This document shows, one piece after another, positions 16,645 through 26,473 of a stretch of 32,000 nucleotides of DNA. The first letter of the stretch is position 1, and the number at the start of each line of letters is the position of its first letter. A program made the position numbers and the translations under genes. The notes under the pieces were generated by a model. The model was not told the DNA's origin. It searched no databases and saw nothing but the letters and a program-made list of their open reading frames with translations. Location of the stretch: the NCBI GenBank assembly GCA_030606485.1, contig JAUWGH010000002.1, positions 390,001 through 422,000 on the forward strand, read 5' to 3'. The stretch is from Promethearchaeota archaeon (GTDB lineage Archaea > Asgardarchaeota > Lokiarchaeia > Sigyniarchaeales > SOKP01).

Positions 16645-17262
16645 TTATAATAGTTCTTCTTTTAGTTTTGAATTGAATAAATCTACTATTTTCTTTTTCT
16701 CAAGAGCCATTTCTTTAGATTTTTTTAAATACAATTGTTCATTTAACTTCAGAATCTTTTCTTGCAGATGTTTTAAAACTCCATTTACACCCGTTCCATG
16801 ATTTACTTGATAGGCAATTGTACGATAAATTCCAATTGCCCCGATTGCATCTAATTTATCAGCATCACTCAGAATTTTTGCTTCAATCGTCTGAGGTTCA
16901 ATTTTATTTGAAAAAGAATGTGCTCTAATGCAATGTATGATTCTTGAAATAATAGGAGAATTTAAATTTATATATTGTCGCAAATATTTTTCTGCAATTT
17001 GAGCTGAAATTTCAGCATGATTTACATCCTTTTTAAGGTTTAAAAACAAATTATTATCATAATTAATCCCTTCCAATAAACGACCAATATCATGAAGCAA
17101 AGTAGAAATTTTTACAATAAATGAATTACAATTCTCTGATTTTGATAAAACTTCAGCGATTTTTAGGACTCGTATCACATGGGGAAATCCATGAGTATCA
17201 TCATCGGAATAATACTTTTTTACAAAATCCAATGTTCTTTGAAAAATTTGAGGTTGATCCAT
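16645..17262 (-). CDS. HD-domain phosphohydrolase
   Basis: HGFPHVIRV, LLHDIGR, HAEISA, HSF and LSDADKLDAIGAIG motifs. Confidence 0.92.
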   Translation of the reverse strand: MDQPQIFQRTLDFVKKYYSDDDTHGFPHVIRVLKIAEVLSKSENCNSFIVKISTLLHDIGRLLEGINYDNNLFLNLKKDVNHAEISAQIAEKYLRQYINLNSPIISRIIHCIRAHSFSNKIEPQTIEAKILSDADKLDAIGAIGIYRTIAYQVNHGTGVNGVLKHLQEKILKLNEQLYLKKSKEMALEKKKIVDLFNSKLKEELL

Positions 17263-17377
17263 TTATTAGATATACAAAATTTTAAGAATATAATCAATAA
17301 TTTTAATAAATTAATTTAATTTATTATTCTCAAGTTAATTTCTCTTGTTATTAAATTATTAATAAGTTAAGAATAAT

Positions 17378-17620
17378 ATGTGCTTAGCAATTCCCGGTAA
17401 GATTTTAGAGGTTAATGGTGATAAAGCCAACGTGGATTTTAATGGCGTTAAACGTGATGTCATCATAGCCTTAGTAAAAGATGCAAAAGTTGGAAAATAT
17501 GTTTTAGTTCATGCAGGTTACGCTATAGAATTATTAAATGAAGAAGAAGCTCAGGAAACTCTCAAACTCTGGAAAAATATTGTTGAAGAAGAGCATTTAG
17601 ATGAATCCTTATTCCTTTAA
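17378..17620 (+). CDS. hypC: HypC/HybG/HupF hydrogenase maturation chaperone
   Basis: MCLAIPG start and VLVHAGYAI motif. Confidence 0.95.
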   Translation: MCLAIPGKILEVNGDKANVDFNGVKRDVIIALVKDAKVGKYVLVHAGYAIELLNEEEAQETLKLWKNIVEEEHLDESLFL

Positions 17621-17771
17621 TTTTTTATTAATTCTTTTATAGATTCATGGTGACAAAAATGAATAGAGGTTTTTTACCAACTAATTTAAGATTATCTTTT
17701 ACAGATGCGTAAGTTGATGGTAATAAAACTAAATTCTCATTAGTTCCTTCAATTTTAGCCCTTTCCCTAAT
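17617..17771 (-). pseudogene. Frameshifted relic of the 3' end of an NDP-sugar pyrophosphorylase gene (homolog of 19565-19717)
   Basis: IRERAKIEGTNENLVLLPSTYASVKDNLKL / FCHHESIKE aligns with IGEKTKIEGSGNNLVILSSWVSVKDNLDL...VCHHELVKE; its stop overlaps the hypC stop (TTAA). Confidence 0.8.
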
Positions 17772-17891
17772 TAATAAAAATTTTATATATCTTAGCTTTT
17801 TAATTTTTGACAAAAATGCATAAATTTAAATATTAGATTAATATAATTAATAATATTATCAGTATTATAATTATTAAAAATAAATTCTAAT

Positions 17892-19541
17892 ATGATAAAA
17901 GGGAAAAATTATCTAATAATTATAAGTGGAATTCTCTTACTAACTCTGATATTGGCTTTTCAATTTTCTTTATTTGGCTATGAATTTTCATGGAATGAAT
18001 ATTATAATGATAAAAATAATCTGTTCCTTTCTCAATCTACAGATCATCAATATCTTTTGGAGTGGAATAAAATATGGAATGAATATGACGTAAGCGAAGT
18101 AAGTGGGATAGGAGTTGATTCTTCTGATAATGTATTTATTGTGGGAAGTATAAAAAGTCTTGATACGGGAAAAGATGATGTATTTCTTCTGAAATATAAT
18201 AAAACTGGAGATCTACTGTGGAATAAGATATGGGGCGGACCTAACTATGATAATGCATATGGTTTAGTAATTGATTCTTCTGATAATATATATATCGTAG
18301 GAAGTACAGGTAATGATACTGGAGAATATGTTGGTTTTGAACTTGACAAACTTAAAAACTTAGATATAATTCTTATAAAATATAACAATTTGGGAGTCGA
18401 ACAGTGGCATAAGACTTGGGGGGGAAGTTTTGATGAGGTAGGTCGAGCCATAGCATTGGATTTGGAAAATAATATTTATATTGTGGGAGACTCAAATAGA
18501 ATTGATGAGGATCATCCTCCAAACTTGGATATTGATGTTATTCTTGTGAAATTTGATTGTTTAGGCAATTATCAATGGGATAAAATATTATATGACCTTA
18601 GAGGTATGGGTTGGGAACATGGTCGTGGAGTAGAAATTGATTCTTCTAACAATATTTATATTGCGGGATATATGCATTGGGAGGAGATGATGCTGTGGAA
18701 ATACACTAGTTCCGGAATCCAAGAGTGGAATACAATACGGGATATGAGGATTATGGATATAGGGGGAATAGCAGTCGATTCTTCTGATAATATTTATATT
18801 ATAGGAACAACTGGCTTTCATTCTTTAGGAACAACTATTTTTCTTTCGAAGTATAATTGTTCAGGAAAACAGAAATGGTATAAAGCATGGATGAATGTAT
18901 CTTACCCAGCTCAAGATCACGGTACGGGAATAGCAATTGATTCAGTGGATAATGTCTATGCTATAGGAACTGCTTTACTAAAATATAATTCCAATGGCGC
19001 CCTACTATTATTAACTACAGAAATAACTGGTAAGAAAATTGGTATAGATTCAGAAGATAATTTATTTATTACTGGCGCGTCAGGCAGTGATGTATTTCTT
19101 AGAAAATACAATATTGATTCGGATGGTGATGGATTATCGGATAGGGAAGAGGAAAACATTTATTTTACAGATCCTTATGATTCAGATTCTGATGACGATG
19201 GGTTAACAGATGGCGCAGAAATTAACAATTATTCGACAGATCCGAACGATTCTGATTCTGATGACGACGGGTTAACCGACGATGAAGAAGTGAATAGTTA
19301 TTTGACAGATCCAAATAATTCAGATACTGATGGTGATGGATTTAAGGATGGAGAAGAGGTATTTAGAGGTTTTGATCCTAATAATGCATTGAATAATCTT
19401 TTGATGGGTAATATAGGAATAATTATAATACTTTTGACAGTTTTCGGATTAATTACAATCTTTATAATTTATCCTCGTATAAAGGTGAAAAGAAAAGTAG
19501 AAGATTTAGAAAGCGAATTATCGAAACAGACATCAATTTGA
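17892..19541 (+). CDS. Membrane-anchored surface protein: SBBP-like beta-propeller repeats plus TSP3-like Ca-binding repeats
   Basis: N-terminal hydrophobic signal/anchor, repeated GIAVDSSDNIYIVG units, four DxDxDG(L/F)xDxxE repeats and a C-terminal TM helix. Confidence 0.88.
   Translation: MIKGKNYLIIISGILLLTLILAFQFSLFGYEFSWNEYYNDKNNLFLSQSTDHQYLLEWNKIWNEYDVSEVSGIGVDSSDNVFIVGSIKSLDTGKDDVFLLKYNKTGDLLWNKIWGGPNYDNAYGLVIDSSDNIYIVGSTGNDTGEYVGFELDKLKNLDIILIKYNNLGVEQWHKTWGGSFDEVGRAIALDLENNIYIVGDSNRIDEDHPPNLDIDVILVKFDCLGNYQWDKILYDLRGMGWEHGRGVEIDSSNNIYIAGYMHWEEMMLWKYTSSGIQEWNTIRDMRIMDIGGIAVDSSDNIYIIGTTGFHSLGTTIFLSKYNCSGKQKWYKAWMNVSYPAQDHGTGIAIDSVDNVYAIGTALLKYNSNGALLLLTTEITGKKIGIDSEDNLFITGASGSDVFLRKYNIDSDGDGLSDREEENIYFTDPYDSDSDDDGLTDGAEINNYSTDPNDSDSDDDGLTDDEEVNSYLTDPNNSDTDGDGFKDGEEVFRGFDPNNALNNLLMGNIGIIIILLTVFGLITIFIIYPRIKVKRKVEDLESELSKQTSI
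19116..19385 (+). repeat. Four intragenic TSP3-like repeats (DSDxDGLxDxxE...TDP), ~23 aa each
   Basis: Visible in both protein and DNA (gattctgatgacga repeats). Confidence 0.85.
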
Positions 19542-19564
19542 GCCCCTTTTGGAACATAATGACT

Positions 19565-20698
19565 TTATTCGAGTATAGATTCTTTTACCAATTCATGATG
19601 GCAAACAGTTATAGAAGTCGTTTTGCTCTTTAAATCCAAATTATCCTTTACAGATACCCAACTTGAGAGTATAACTAAATTATTACCGGACCCTTCAATT
19701 TTTGTTTTTTCTCCAATTGAACAATAATCTGCAATAATTGTATTATTCATTTTAACTCCCTTAGAAATATAACAATGATCAAACAAAATTGAATTTGAAA
19801 TTTCGCAATTATCACAAATCTTAGAATATTTTCCAACTATTACATTAGGACCTATTCTTGAATTGTTTTCGATTATAACATTTTGATCGAGAGCAACGGG
19901 GGGGATTATTTCTACATTTTTACCTATTTTACAACCTTCACTTATTAGTTTTTTCTGATCTTTACCTTTTTCTTGAAAAAGATTTTCTAATATCATGAAA
20001 TTTCCATAAAAATAATCTTCAGGTAAGCCAATATCTTTCCATATACCCGAAATCTCATACGCATATAAATTATCTTCTTTCGCTAAAACTGGAAAAACCT
20101 TCCTTTCAATAGAAACAGGACGATCGGATTCAATATAGGATAATACTTCATTTTCAAGAACATAAATACCAGCATTTATTGGCATCGGTTTAATTTCAGA
20201 AATAGTATCATCTATGATTTTTTTTTCTAGAAATTTAATAATACGAGAGTTATTATCAATAACTAGTGTTCCATAGCGCCGTGGATCCTCAACTGTATAA
20301 CTACTAATAGTGCCTAATCCGCCGTAATTCTTGTGAGCCTTTAGCATTTGGGAAAAATCAAAATAACTTATAACATCACCGTTTAACATGAAGAAATTAT
20401 CAGTTCCAATTAAATTTTCAGCCAATTTTACTGCACCCGCCGTTCCCATAGGTTCTTTTTCCTCTGTATAATAAATAGATATTCCCCATTTAGAACCATC
20501 ACCAAAATAATTTTCTAGCTGATCTGACATGACACTTACAGCTAAAATTATTTCTTTTATACCAGCTTTGATTAATCGTTTGATAGTATTTTCCATTAAG
20601 GGCACATTAACGATAGGAATTAGAGTTTTTGGGATTGTGCAAGTTAGTGGCCTTAACCTTGTACCCCACCCACCACTTAAAATAACTGCTTTTGTCAA
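19565..20698 (-). CDS. NDP-sugar pyrophosphorylase (mannose-1-phosphate guanylyltransferase-like) with left-handed beta-helix C-terminus
   Basis: ILSGGWGTRLRPLT, PKTLIPI, EPMGTAG, NGDV, INAGIY and WKDIG motifs; hexapeptide repeats. Confidence 0.92.
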   Translation of the reverse strand: MTKAVILSGGWGTRLRPLTCTIPKTLIPIVNVPLMENTIKRLIKAGIKEIILAVSVMSDQLENYFGDGSKWGISIYYTEEKEPMGTAGAVKLAENLIGTDNFFMLNGDVISYFDFSQMLKAHKNYGGLGTISSYTVEDPRRYGTLVIDNNSRIIKFLEKKIIDDTISEIKPMPINAGIYVLENEVLSYIESDRPVSIERKVFPVLAKEDNLYAYEISGIWKDIGLPEDYFYGNFMILENLFQEKGKDQKKLISEGCKIGKNVEIIPPVALDQNVIIENNSRIGPNVIVGKYSKICDNCEISNSILFDHCYISKGVKMNNTIIADYCSIGEKTKIEGSGNNLVILSSWVSVKDNLDLKSKTTSITVCHHELVKESILE

Positions 20699-20702
20699 AT
20701 AC

Positions 20703-21854
20703 TTAACCTTCCTTTGTTATTTTTGTTGAATATTTAAATTTTCCGGGATCTAACCCTTTTTTTAATGCTAATTTATAAAAAATTAATTGTAATATCACAA
20801 TCTCCATAATTGGGGCTATGTAAGGGTTTGTTACTTGATGTTTAAATATATATAATCTTTTATTTTCATTCCTTAAAAAATTTTGATTAGTAATATGAAA
20901 AATTTTACCTACACTCCATTTTTTTAGCAAGTTCTTTATTAATTGAGAATTTAATTCAAAATCTGGTAAACTCGAAGAGAGAACTACCATTTTAAAATCT
21001 TCATCAAGCATCTCAATACATCCATGTCGAAACAAGCCAACAGATAATGCCTCTGACTTTTCTTTAACAATTTCTTTAAAATTGAGTGCAGCTTGATGTG
21101 CAGTTGCAATTGATGGACCTTTTGCAATAAATTCTAAGAATTTTACATCTCTACCTAGAAATGAAATTATTTTATCAATCTCATTACTTGTTTCATAAAA
21201 GATTTTATGAAAAAGTTGTATTTCTTCAAATAAAGACTCGATTTCATAAATTTCTGATTTTATTGAATGCTTGCCATTAAAAAGATAATTCAGACATAAA
21301 TATAAGGCTAAGATTGAGCATGTATATGTTTTAGACGTCGGACCATTTTCATAACCCGCTTTCATTAAAAAGCAAATATCACTAAATTTAAATAAGGAAC
21401 TTTTAGGTTGATTTGTTAAACCAATAATTAAAGGTGGCTTTTGATAATTTCTTAATTTTTCTAATAACTTAACTAATTCCCCAGATTCCCCAGATTGAGA
21501 CACACAAAAAATTAATACATTTTGAAATGATATATATAAATCTCTCTCTGTTTCCATTGGTAAAGAATTATATAAAAACTCTGAAGTGTCTCTTAGATCG
21601 CAAATTATTCCTTTGGAATTTAAAAAGTAATAAGGGATATAACAACAAAAAAGACTCGAACCCATCCCAGTGAAGATTATATATTTTATCTCTCTTAATT
21701 GAATTTCTTTTTTTAATTTAAATAGAAGGTCTAAACCCTCAGTTTGAAAATAATTTAATGTATTTTTCAAGGTAAAGGTTTGATCCAGAATTTCCTCTAA
21801 AAAATCATTCACATTTTTATCGGATTTCAATAAATTTTTCATCCCATTATTCAA
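20703..21854 (-). CDS. Double SIS-domain sugar-phosphate isomerase/deaminase (GlmS C-terminal-like, no glutaminase domain)
   Basis: FTGMGSS, SQSGESGE, GLTN, SKTY, ALNFKE and FRHG motifs. Confidence 0.88.
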   Translation of the reverse strand: MNNGMKNLLKSDKNVNDFLEEILDQTFTLKNTLNYFQTEGLDLLFKLKKEIQLREIKYIIFTGMGSSLFCCYIPYYFLNSKGIICDLRDTSEFLYNSLPMETERDLYISFQNVLIFCVSQSGESGELVKLLEKLRNYQKPPLIIGLTNQPKSSLFKFSDICFLMKAGYENGPTSKTYTCSILALYLCLNYLFNGKHSIKSEIYEIESLFEEIQLFHKIFYETSNEIDKIISFLGRDVKFLEFIAKGPSIATAHQAALNFKEIVKEKSEALSVGLFRHGCIEMLDEDFKMVVLSSSLPDFELNSQLIKNLLKKWSVGKIFHITNQNFLRNENKRLYIFKHQVTNPYIAPIMEIVILQLIFYKLALKKGLDPGKFKYSTKITKEG

Positions 21855-21965
21855 AAATAGTTGTAAGTAAAAATTATAATAATTTACAATTTATGTGAAT
21901 AAAAAATAAAAGCCATAATAAATATATATAACTTAATTTAGTAATTCACTTAAAACGATAAATTT

Positions 21966-22349
21966 TTGATTGATATGTTGTGTCCTCACGGCTTAGACAA
22001 TATTGCCTGCCCAATATGCCGAATTGGTATTAAAGTAATGCCTCCCGTTCGTTTAGAGATTGAAGATTCTCAATCAAAAATATTACAACAGATAAACCCG
22101 GCAATAAAAGAAATTAGAGATAATAGAATTAAAATATTTAATTTATTAACTGATATAAAACCAAATTTGAGTTTTAATCCAAATTTATTTATACCAGAAC
22201 CACCTTCAATTGGCAAAATCTCATTAATGAACCCTCCTATATACAAAAGATTGAAGGAACTAGATGCTGAAATCCCTAAAGAATTTAATCCACTTCAAGA
22301 GGTTTCAGTAAAACTGCCAGATGGGAAGATTAAAAAAACTAAATTATAA
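21966..22349 (+). CDS. Hypothetical protein with N-terminal CxH-x7-CxxC zinc finger
   Basis: CPHGLDNIACPIC; start may be the ATG three codons downstream. Confidence 0.65.
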   Translation: MIDMLCPHGLDNIACPICRIGIKVMPPVRLEIEDSQSKILQQINPAIKEIRDNRIKIFNLLTDIKPNLSFNPNLFIPEPPSIGKISLMNPPIYKRLKELDAEIPKEFNPLQEVSVKLPDGKIKKTKL

Positions 22350-22412
22350 TCAATTAGATTATAATTGAGTAATAGAAACTAATTTAAAAGCTCCCATCTA
22401 TTAATATATATT

Positions 22413-23618
22413 ATGGTTAAAATAGCAGCCCTGCAACCTTATCTTCCAAATAACCCAGTAGAATTCACTACTAATCCATATGATATAATTGGAAAAGAAG
22501 AAGAACAGCAATTAAAACAAAATCCAAATTCATTAATTCATCTGATTTTACCTGATGGTGAAGGTGACGAAATTTATCAAAATGCTGCCAAAGCCTATAA
22601 AAAATTTAACGATGATAATATTGTTACTTATGAAAAAACACCAAGTATTTTCGTTTATCGTCAAGAATCAGAACAATTTAATCAACAGGGTTTTATAATT
22701 GGGCTTTCACTTCAAGATTATGAAGATGGGAACATAGTAAAACACGAACATACTAGAGAAAAACCACTCAGAGATCGTACAAATCACATTGTCTCAACTA
22801 ATGTTGCTGCGGGGCTTGTATGGTCAGTATATCGTTCTGATAATAAAATTAATCAATTATTAGAACAAATTAAACAAAAAAAACCAAAGTTTGATTTTAA
22901 AAAATATGGATATCGTAATATCCTTTGGCAAGAGACAGACCCCAAGATTATCAAGCAATTAACAGAACTCTTTCAAGATAAAAAAGTCTATATTGCTGAT
23001 GGTCATCATCGAGCAGCTAGTGCTGCAAAGTATCGCAAAATTAAATTGAATGAATTAAAAGTATCTAATGATTATGATGCTCCATGGCAATATTTATTGT
23101 CTTATGTAGCGTCTGACGATCAAATTCGAATATTACCCTATAATCGGGTAATTAAACGATTACAGATGGAGGAAAAAGAATTTTTAGATAAATTAGAAGA
23201 AATCTATAAGATAACCCCTATGAAACAAGCATTTAATCCCGAAAATAAAAATCATATTGCCATATGTATTAATGGTAAATGGTTTAAACTAACAGTTATA
23301 GATAAATCATTTAAATCAAAGCGTGATAGCTTGGATGTAGCAATTCTTCAAGATAAGGTTTTAGAACCAATTTTAGGAATTTCCGATCCTCGCTCTGATG
23401 AAAATATCTTTTTTGTAGGTGGTATCCAAGATCCAATTAAGATGGAGAAATATGTAGTCGATGAAGGAAATGATTTGTTTATCAACCTTTTTCCTGTTGA
23501 TATACGAGATCTAGAGTCTATTGCTGATAAGGGAGGAGTTATGCCTCCAAAATCAACATGGTTTGACCCAAAAGTTCTTTCTGGCTTAGTTCTTCACGAT
23601 TTAACTATAGAGTGGTAA
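22413..23618 (+). CDS. DUF1015-family protein (ParB/Srx-like DGHHR motif)
   Basis: PYDII, KHEHT, IADGHHRAASA, ILPYNR and MPPKSTWFDPK motifs. Confidence 0.9.
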   Translation: MVKIAALQPYLPNNPVEFTTNPYDIIGKEEEQQLKQNPNSLIHLILPDGEGDEIYQNAAKAYKKFNDDNIVTYEKTPSIFVYRQESEQFNQQGFIIGLSLQDYEDGNIVKHEHTREKPLRDRTNHIVSTNVAAGLVWSVYRSDNKINQLLEQIKQKKPKFDFKKYGYRNILWQETDPKIIKQLTELFQDKKVYIADGHHRAASAAKYRKIKLNELKVSNDYDAPWQYLLSYVASDDQIRILPYNRVIKRLQMEEKEFLDKLEEIYKITPMKQAFNPENKNHIAICINGKWFKLTVIDKSFKSKRDSLDVAILQDKVLEPILGISDPRSDENIFFVGGIQDPIKMEKYVVDEGNDLFINLFPVDIRDLESIADKGGVMPPKSTWFDPKVLSGLVLHDLTIEW

Positions 23619-23625
23619 TAATTTG

Positions 23626-24558
23626 TTATGACTTCTTTAAAAAATTTGACATTTTTTCAGCGATCATAACAGCTGCTTGAACTTGTGTTTCTTTTGTTTG
23701 GCTTCCTATATGAGGAGTTAGGATTAAATTACCTTCAAATTCCCATAATTCCTTTTCTTTAAGTGGTTCTTCTTTATACACATCAAGGGCAGCACCTCCG
23801 ATTTCCTTATTTTTCAAAGCTTTCAATAACGCCATGTCATCAATTAATTTTCCTCTAGCAGTATTGATAATTATTGAATTTTCCTTCATTAATTTTAATC
23901 TACTCTCATTGATGATATTTTCAGTTTTAGGTGTTACAGGCAGATGTAAAGAGATAATTTGAGCATCTTGTAGTAATTCATCTACAGATGAATAAATACT
24001 ACACCCTATTTGTTTAGCTTCTTCTATTGCTTTTGGACCTTTACTAAATCGGGAATATACACCAACGCTCATCCCTAATGCTAATGCTCTTTTAGCCAAT
24101 TCTTTAGCAATATTTCCAAAACCAACTAAACCTAATTTTTTCCCTTTTAGTGTATAACCTAAATATTGACTTTTATTCCATTCTCCAATATGCATAGTTC
24201 GATCAGCATTTGAAATATATCTTGCCAAAGTAAACATTAATCCAAGCGCTAATTCTGCTACAGAAACGGAAGGCGCCTCCGGCGTATTTAAAACTTCTAT
24301 GTTTAATTCTGCAGCTTTTTCCCGATCAATATTATCCAGTCCAACCCCAGCTCTTCCAATCACTTTTAAATTGTTTGCATTTTCTAAGACTGCTGCGGTT
24401 AATTTGGTTCTTGAACGAACTACGATTCCGTCATATTCTCCAATTTCTTTTTTCAACTCATCATTTGTTATTGTGAAATTCTTTACAACATCAAAGCCAT
24501 TATCTTGAAATATTTTAATTCCTTCTTCTTGGAGCTTATCACTAATTAGAATTTTCAT
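23626..24558 (-). CDS. serA: D-3-phosphoglycerate dehydrogenase-like (short form, no ACT domain)
   Basis: RAGVGLDNID, VAELALG, GFGNIA, INTARG, LDVY and TPHIG motifs; clustered with DUF1015 and a class V aminotransferase. Confidence 0.8.
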   Translation of the reverse strand: MKILISDKLQEEGIKIFQDNGFDVVKNFTITNDELKKEIGEYDGIVVRSRTKLTAAVLENANNLKVIGRAGVGLDNIDREKAAELNIEVLNTPEAPSVSVAELALGLMFTLARYISNADRTMHIGEWNKSQYLGYTLKGKKLGLVGFGNIAKELAKRALALGMSVGVYSRFSKGPKAIEEAKQIGCSIYSSVDELLQDAQIISLHLPVTPKTENIINESRLKLMKENSIIINTARGKLIDDMALLKALKNKEIGGAALDVYKEEPLKEKELWEFEGNLILTPHIGSQTKETQVQAAVMIAEKMSNFLKKS

Positions 24559-24738
24559 TTATATCAATTTTACATAATTTTATTTAATTGGATAATACTT
24601 TTAGTAAATTAAGGTTTAAAGAATTTTTTGTTAACTTTCAAAAAAAAGAATATAATATCTTAATAGATATGAATTAGATAATTAGAGTAAATCTTTTTTA
24701 CATATTTTAATATTTCAGTTATGAAAGGATTTTTCTCG

Positions 24739-24904
24739 TCAATCATCTCCAGTTGCAAAAGACCCAAAATGATATATTGAACTAATTGGAAATTTTTCTT
24801 TTTATCCTTTAATATAATCTTTTAGTTCTTTATCAATTTTTTTCGGTCATCAATATTGATTCGGCATAATTTATACATTTTTTAGCATCTTCCTCCTCAT
24901 AAAA
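24739..24904 (-). pseudogene. Degenerate HEPN (C-terminus) and MNT nucleotidyltransferase (N-terminus) toxin-antitoxin relic
   Basis: FYEEEDAKKCINYAESIL, then ATG 24850 and, after a frameshift and a stop, KEKFPISSIYHFGSFATGD (MNT GS motif). Confidence 0.6.
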
Positions 24905-24911
24905 CAATGAT

Positions 24912-25145
24912 TTAATCTTTTAAAATTCCCATTGCTTCGTCAATTGTTAAATTCTTTAACTCTTTTGCTTTTTCATAGTGTATTTCACAAAACCATTCAG
25001 CATAAGGTGGATGTCCAACCATTCCTTTTTTTTCCATCGTTTTCTGCCATTCTTTATCAGATTGACGTTTTTTAAAATATATTAGCCCTCCATCATCTGG
25101 ATAATCTAATCTTTTATGACAAATACAGCAAATTGGAGGTTTCAT
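24912..25145 (-). CDS. Small putative zinc-binding protein (CCIC...CEIH)
   Basis: 77-aa ORF directly downstream of the class V aminotransferase. Confidence 0.7.
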   Translation of the reverse strand: MKPPICCICHKRLDYPDDGGLIYFKKRQSDKEWQKTMEKKGMVGHPPYAEWFCEIHYEKAKELKNLTIDEAMGILKD

Positions 25146-25202
25146 AATAAAATTTCCCGAATTTTAAAAAAAAGATATATAAATAAATTATAATATTTCT
25201 TT

Positions 25203-26315
25203 TTACTTTAATTCTGAGACAATTTCTGCCAAAATATTTAACATTTCTTCAAGATCTTTTAAAGTTATTTCGCCCATATGTCCAATTCTGAAAGTTTTAT
25301 TCTTTAAGGAGCCATAACCATTTACAATTCGATAACCTTTCCCCAATAATATAGAGACCATTTTTCCAATATCGATGTTTAATGTATTTTTCATAGTAGA
25401 GACTGTATTTGACTCATATCCTTTTTCAGGAAACATATCAAAATTTATTTCTTTTGCCCATGTTCTTGTGCGCTTTCCAAGCTGTTCGTGTCTTTCAAAT
25501 CTTTTTTCTAGCCCTTCTTGGTTTATAATATAGTCTAATTGAGCAGCTAAAGCTCTAATTTGTGGGATAGGTGGCGTAGTTGGAGTCTGATGAACTTCAT
25601 TCTTTTTAAGTAAGCCAAGAAAATCGAAATATAGACCTCTATTTTTCACTTGAGATGCTTTATCGATTGCAGCTTCTGATATCGAACATACCGCCAACCC
25701 TGGTGCAATAGAAAAACACTTTTGAACGGAAGCCAAACAAATATCTATTCCTAATTTGTCAACCTCGACTTTTACACCCGCCATCGATGAGGTTGCATCC
25801 ACACACACTAAGGCACCATAATCTTTAATAACCGGGACTACTTCATCAATCGGGTTATAAACTCCGGTTGATGTTTCATTTGATTGTATAAAGACAACAG
25901 AATATTTATCCTTGTTTAGAGATTCTTGAGCGAATTCTGGCGTTATAGCTTTACCCCATTCAACACCTTCTTTCACTGAATTTTTACCATTACTAACTCC
26001 AATCTGATACCAACGATCTCCGAACGCTCCAATTGAAAAAAATAATGCTTTTTCATCATCTTTAACCAAATTCCTTACACAAGCCTCCATAATACCGGTT
26101 GCACTAGATGTAAATATAAGACTTTTATTAGAAGTATATAAAACTTTTTTTAGTCCTTCTTCAACAAGTTGGTGCATTTCTGAATATGGTTTAGATCTAT
26201 GTGTATCATTAGGTTTAGCCATTTCTTTTAATATTCTCTCTGGAACATACACAGGCCCGGGGGTGAATAATTTTAATTGAGAACCCTTTTCTTTATTAAA
26301 ATGAATTTCAGACAT
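25203..26315 (-). CDS. Class V PLP aminotransferase (serine-pyruvate/alanine-glyoxylate or archaeal phosphoserine aminotransferase type)
   Basis: FTPGP, SSATG, NETSTGV, VDATSS, SVQK (PLP Lys) and FRIGHMG motifs. Confidence 0.9.
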   Translation of the reverse strand: MSEIHFNKEKGSQLKLFTPGPVYVPERILKEMAKPNDTHRSKPYSEMHQLVEEGLKKVLYTSNKSLIFTSSATGIMEACVRNLVKDDEKALFFSIGAFGDRWYQIGVSNGKNSVKEGVEWGKAITPEFAQESLNKDKYSVVFIQSNETSTGVYNPIDEVVPVIKDYGALVCVDATSSMAGVKVEVDKLGIDICLASVQKCFSIAPGLAVCSISEAAIDKASQVKNRGLYFDFLGLLKKNEVHQTPTTPPIPQIRALAAQLDYIINQEGLEKRFERHEQLGKRTRTWAKEINFDMFPEKGYESNTVSTMKNTLNIDIGKMVSILLGKGYRIVNGYGSLKNKTFRIGHMGEITLKDLEEMLNILAEIVSELK

Positions 26316-26473
26316 AGTTTAATCAACATACATAGTTTATTGAAAATTTTTATTTTAATTTATAAAATAATAGTGTAAACTTTGATATTATTTTTTATAT
26401 TTTTAATTGACCAAGAGTAATAATTGTTTCCTTAATAAATAATAATTAAAAATTAAATCTATTTTTATAAAAT

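Noticed and set aside
16011-17262. Convergent CYTH and HD genes as a cyclic-nucleotide signalling or defence pair
   Set aside because: Both look like widespread stand-alone archaeal housekeeping families, they are not co-transcribed, and no effector gene is adjacent.
17378-17620. hypC without other hyp genes
   Set aside because: Scattered hyp genes are common in archaea.
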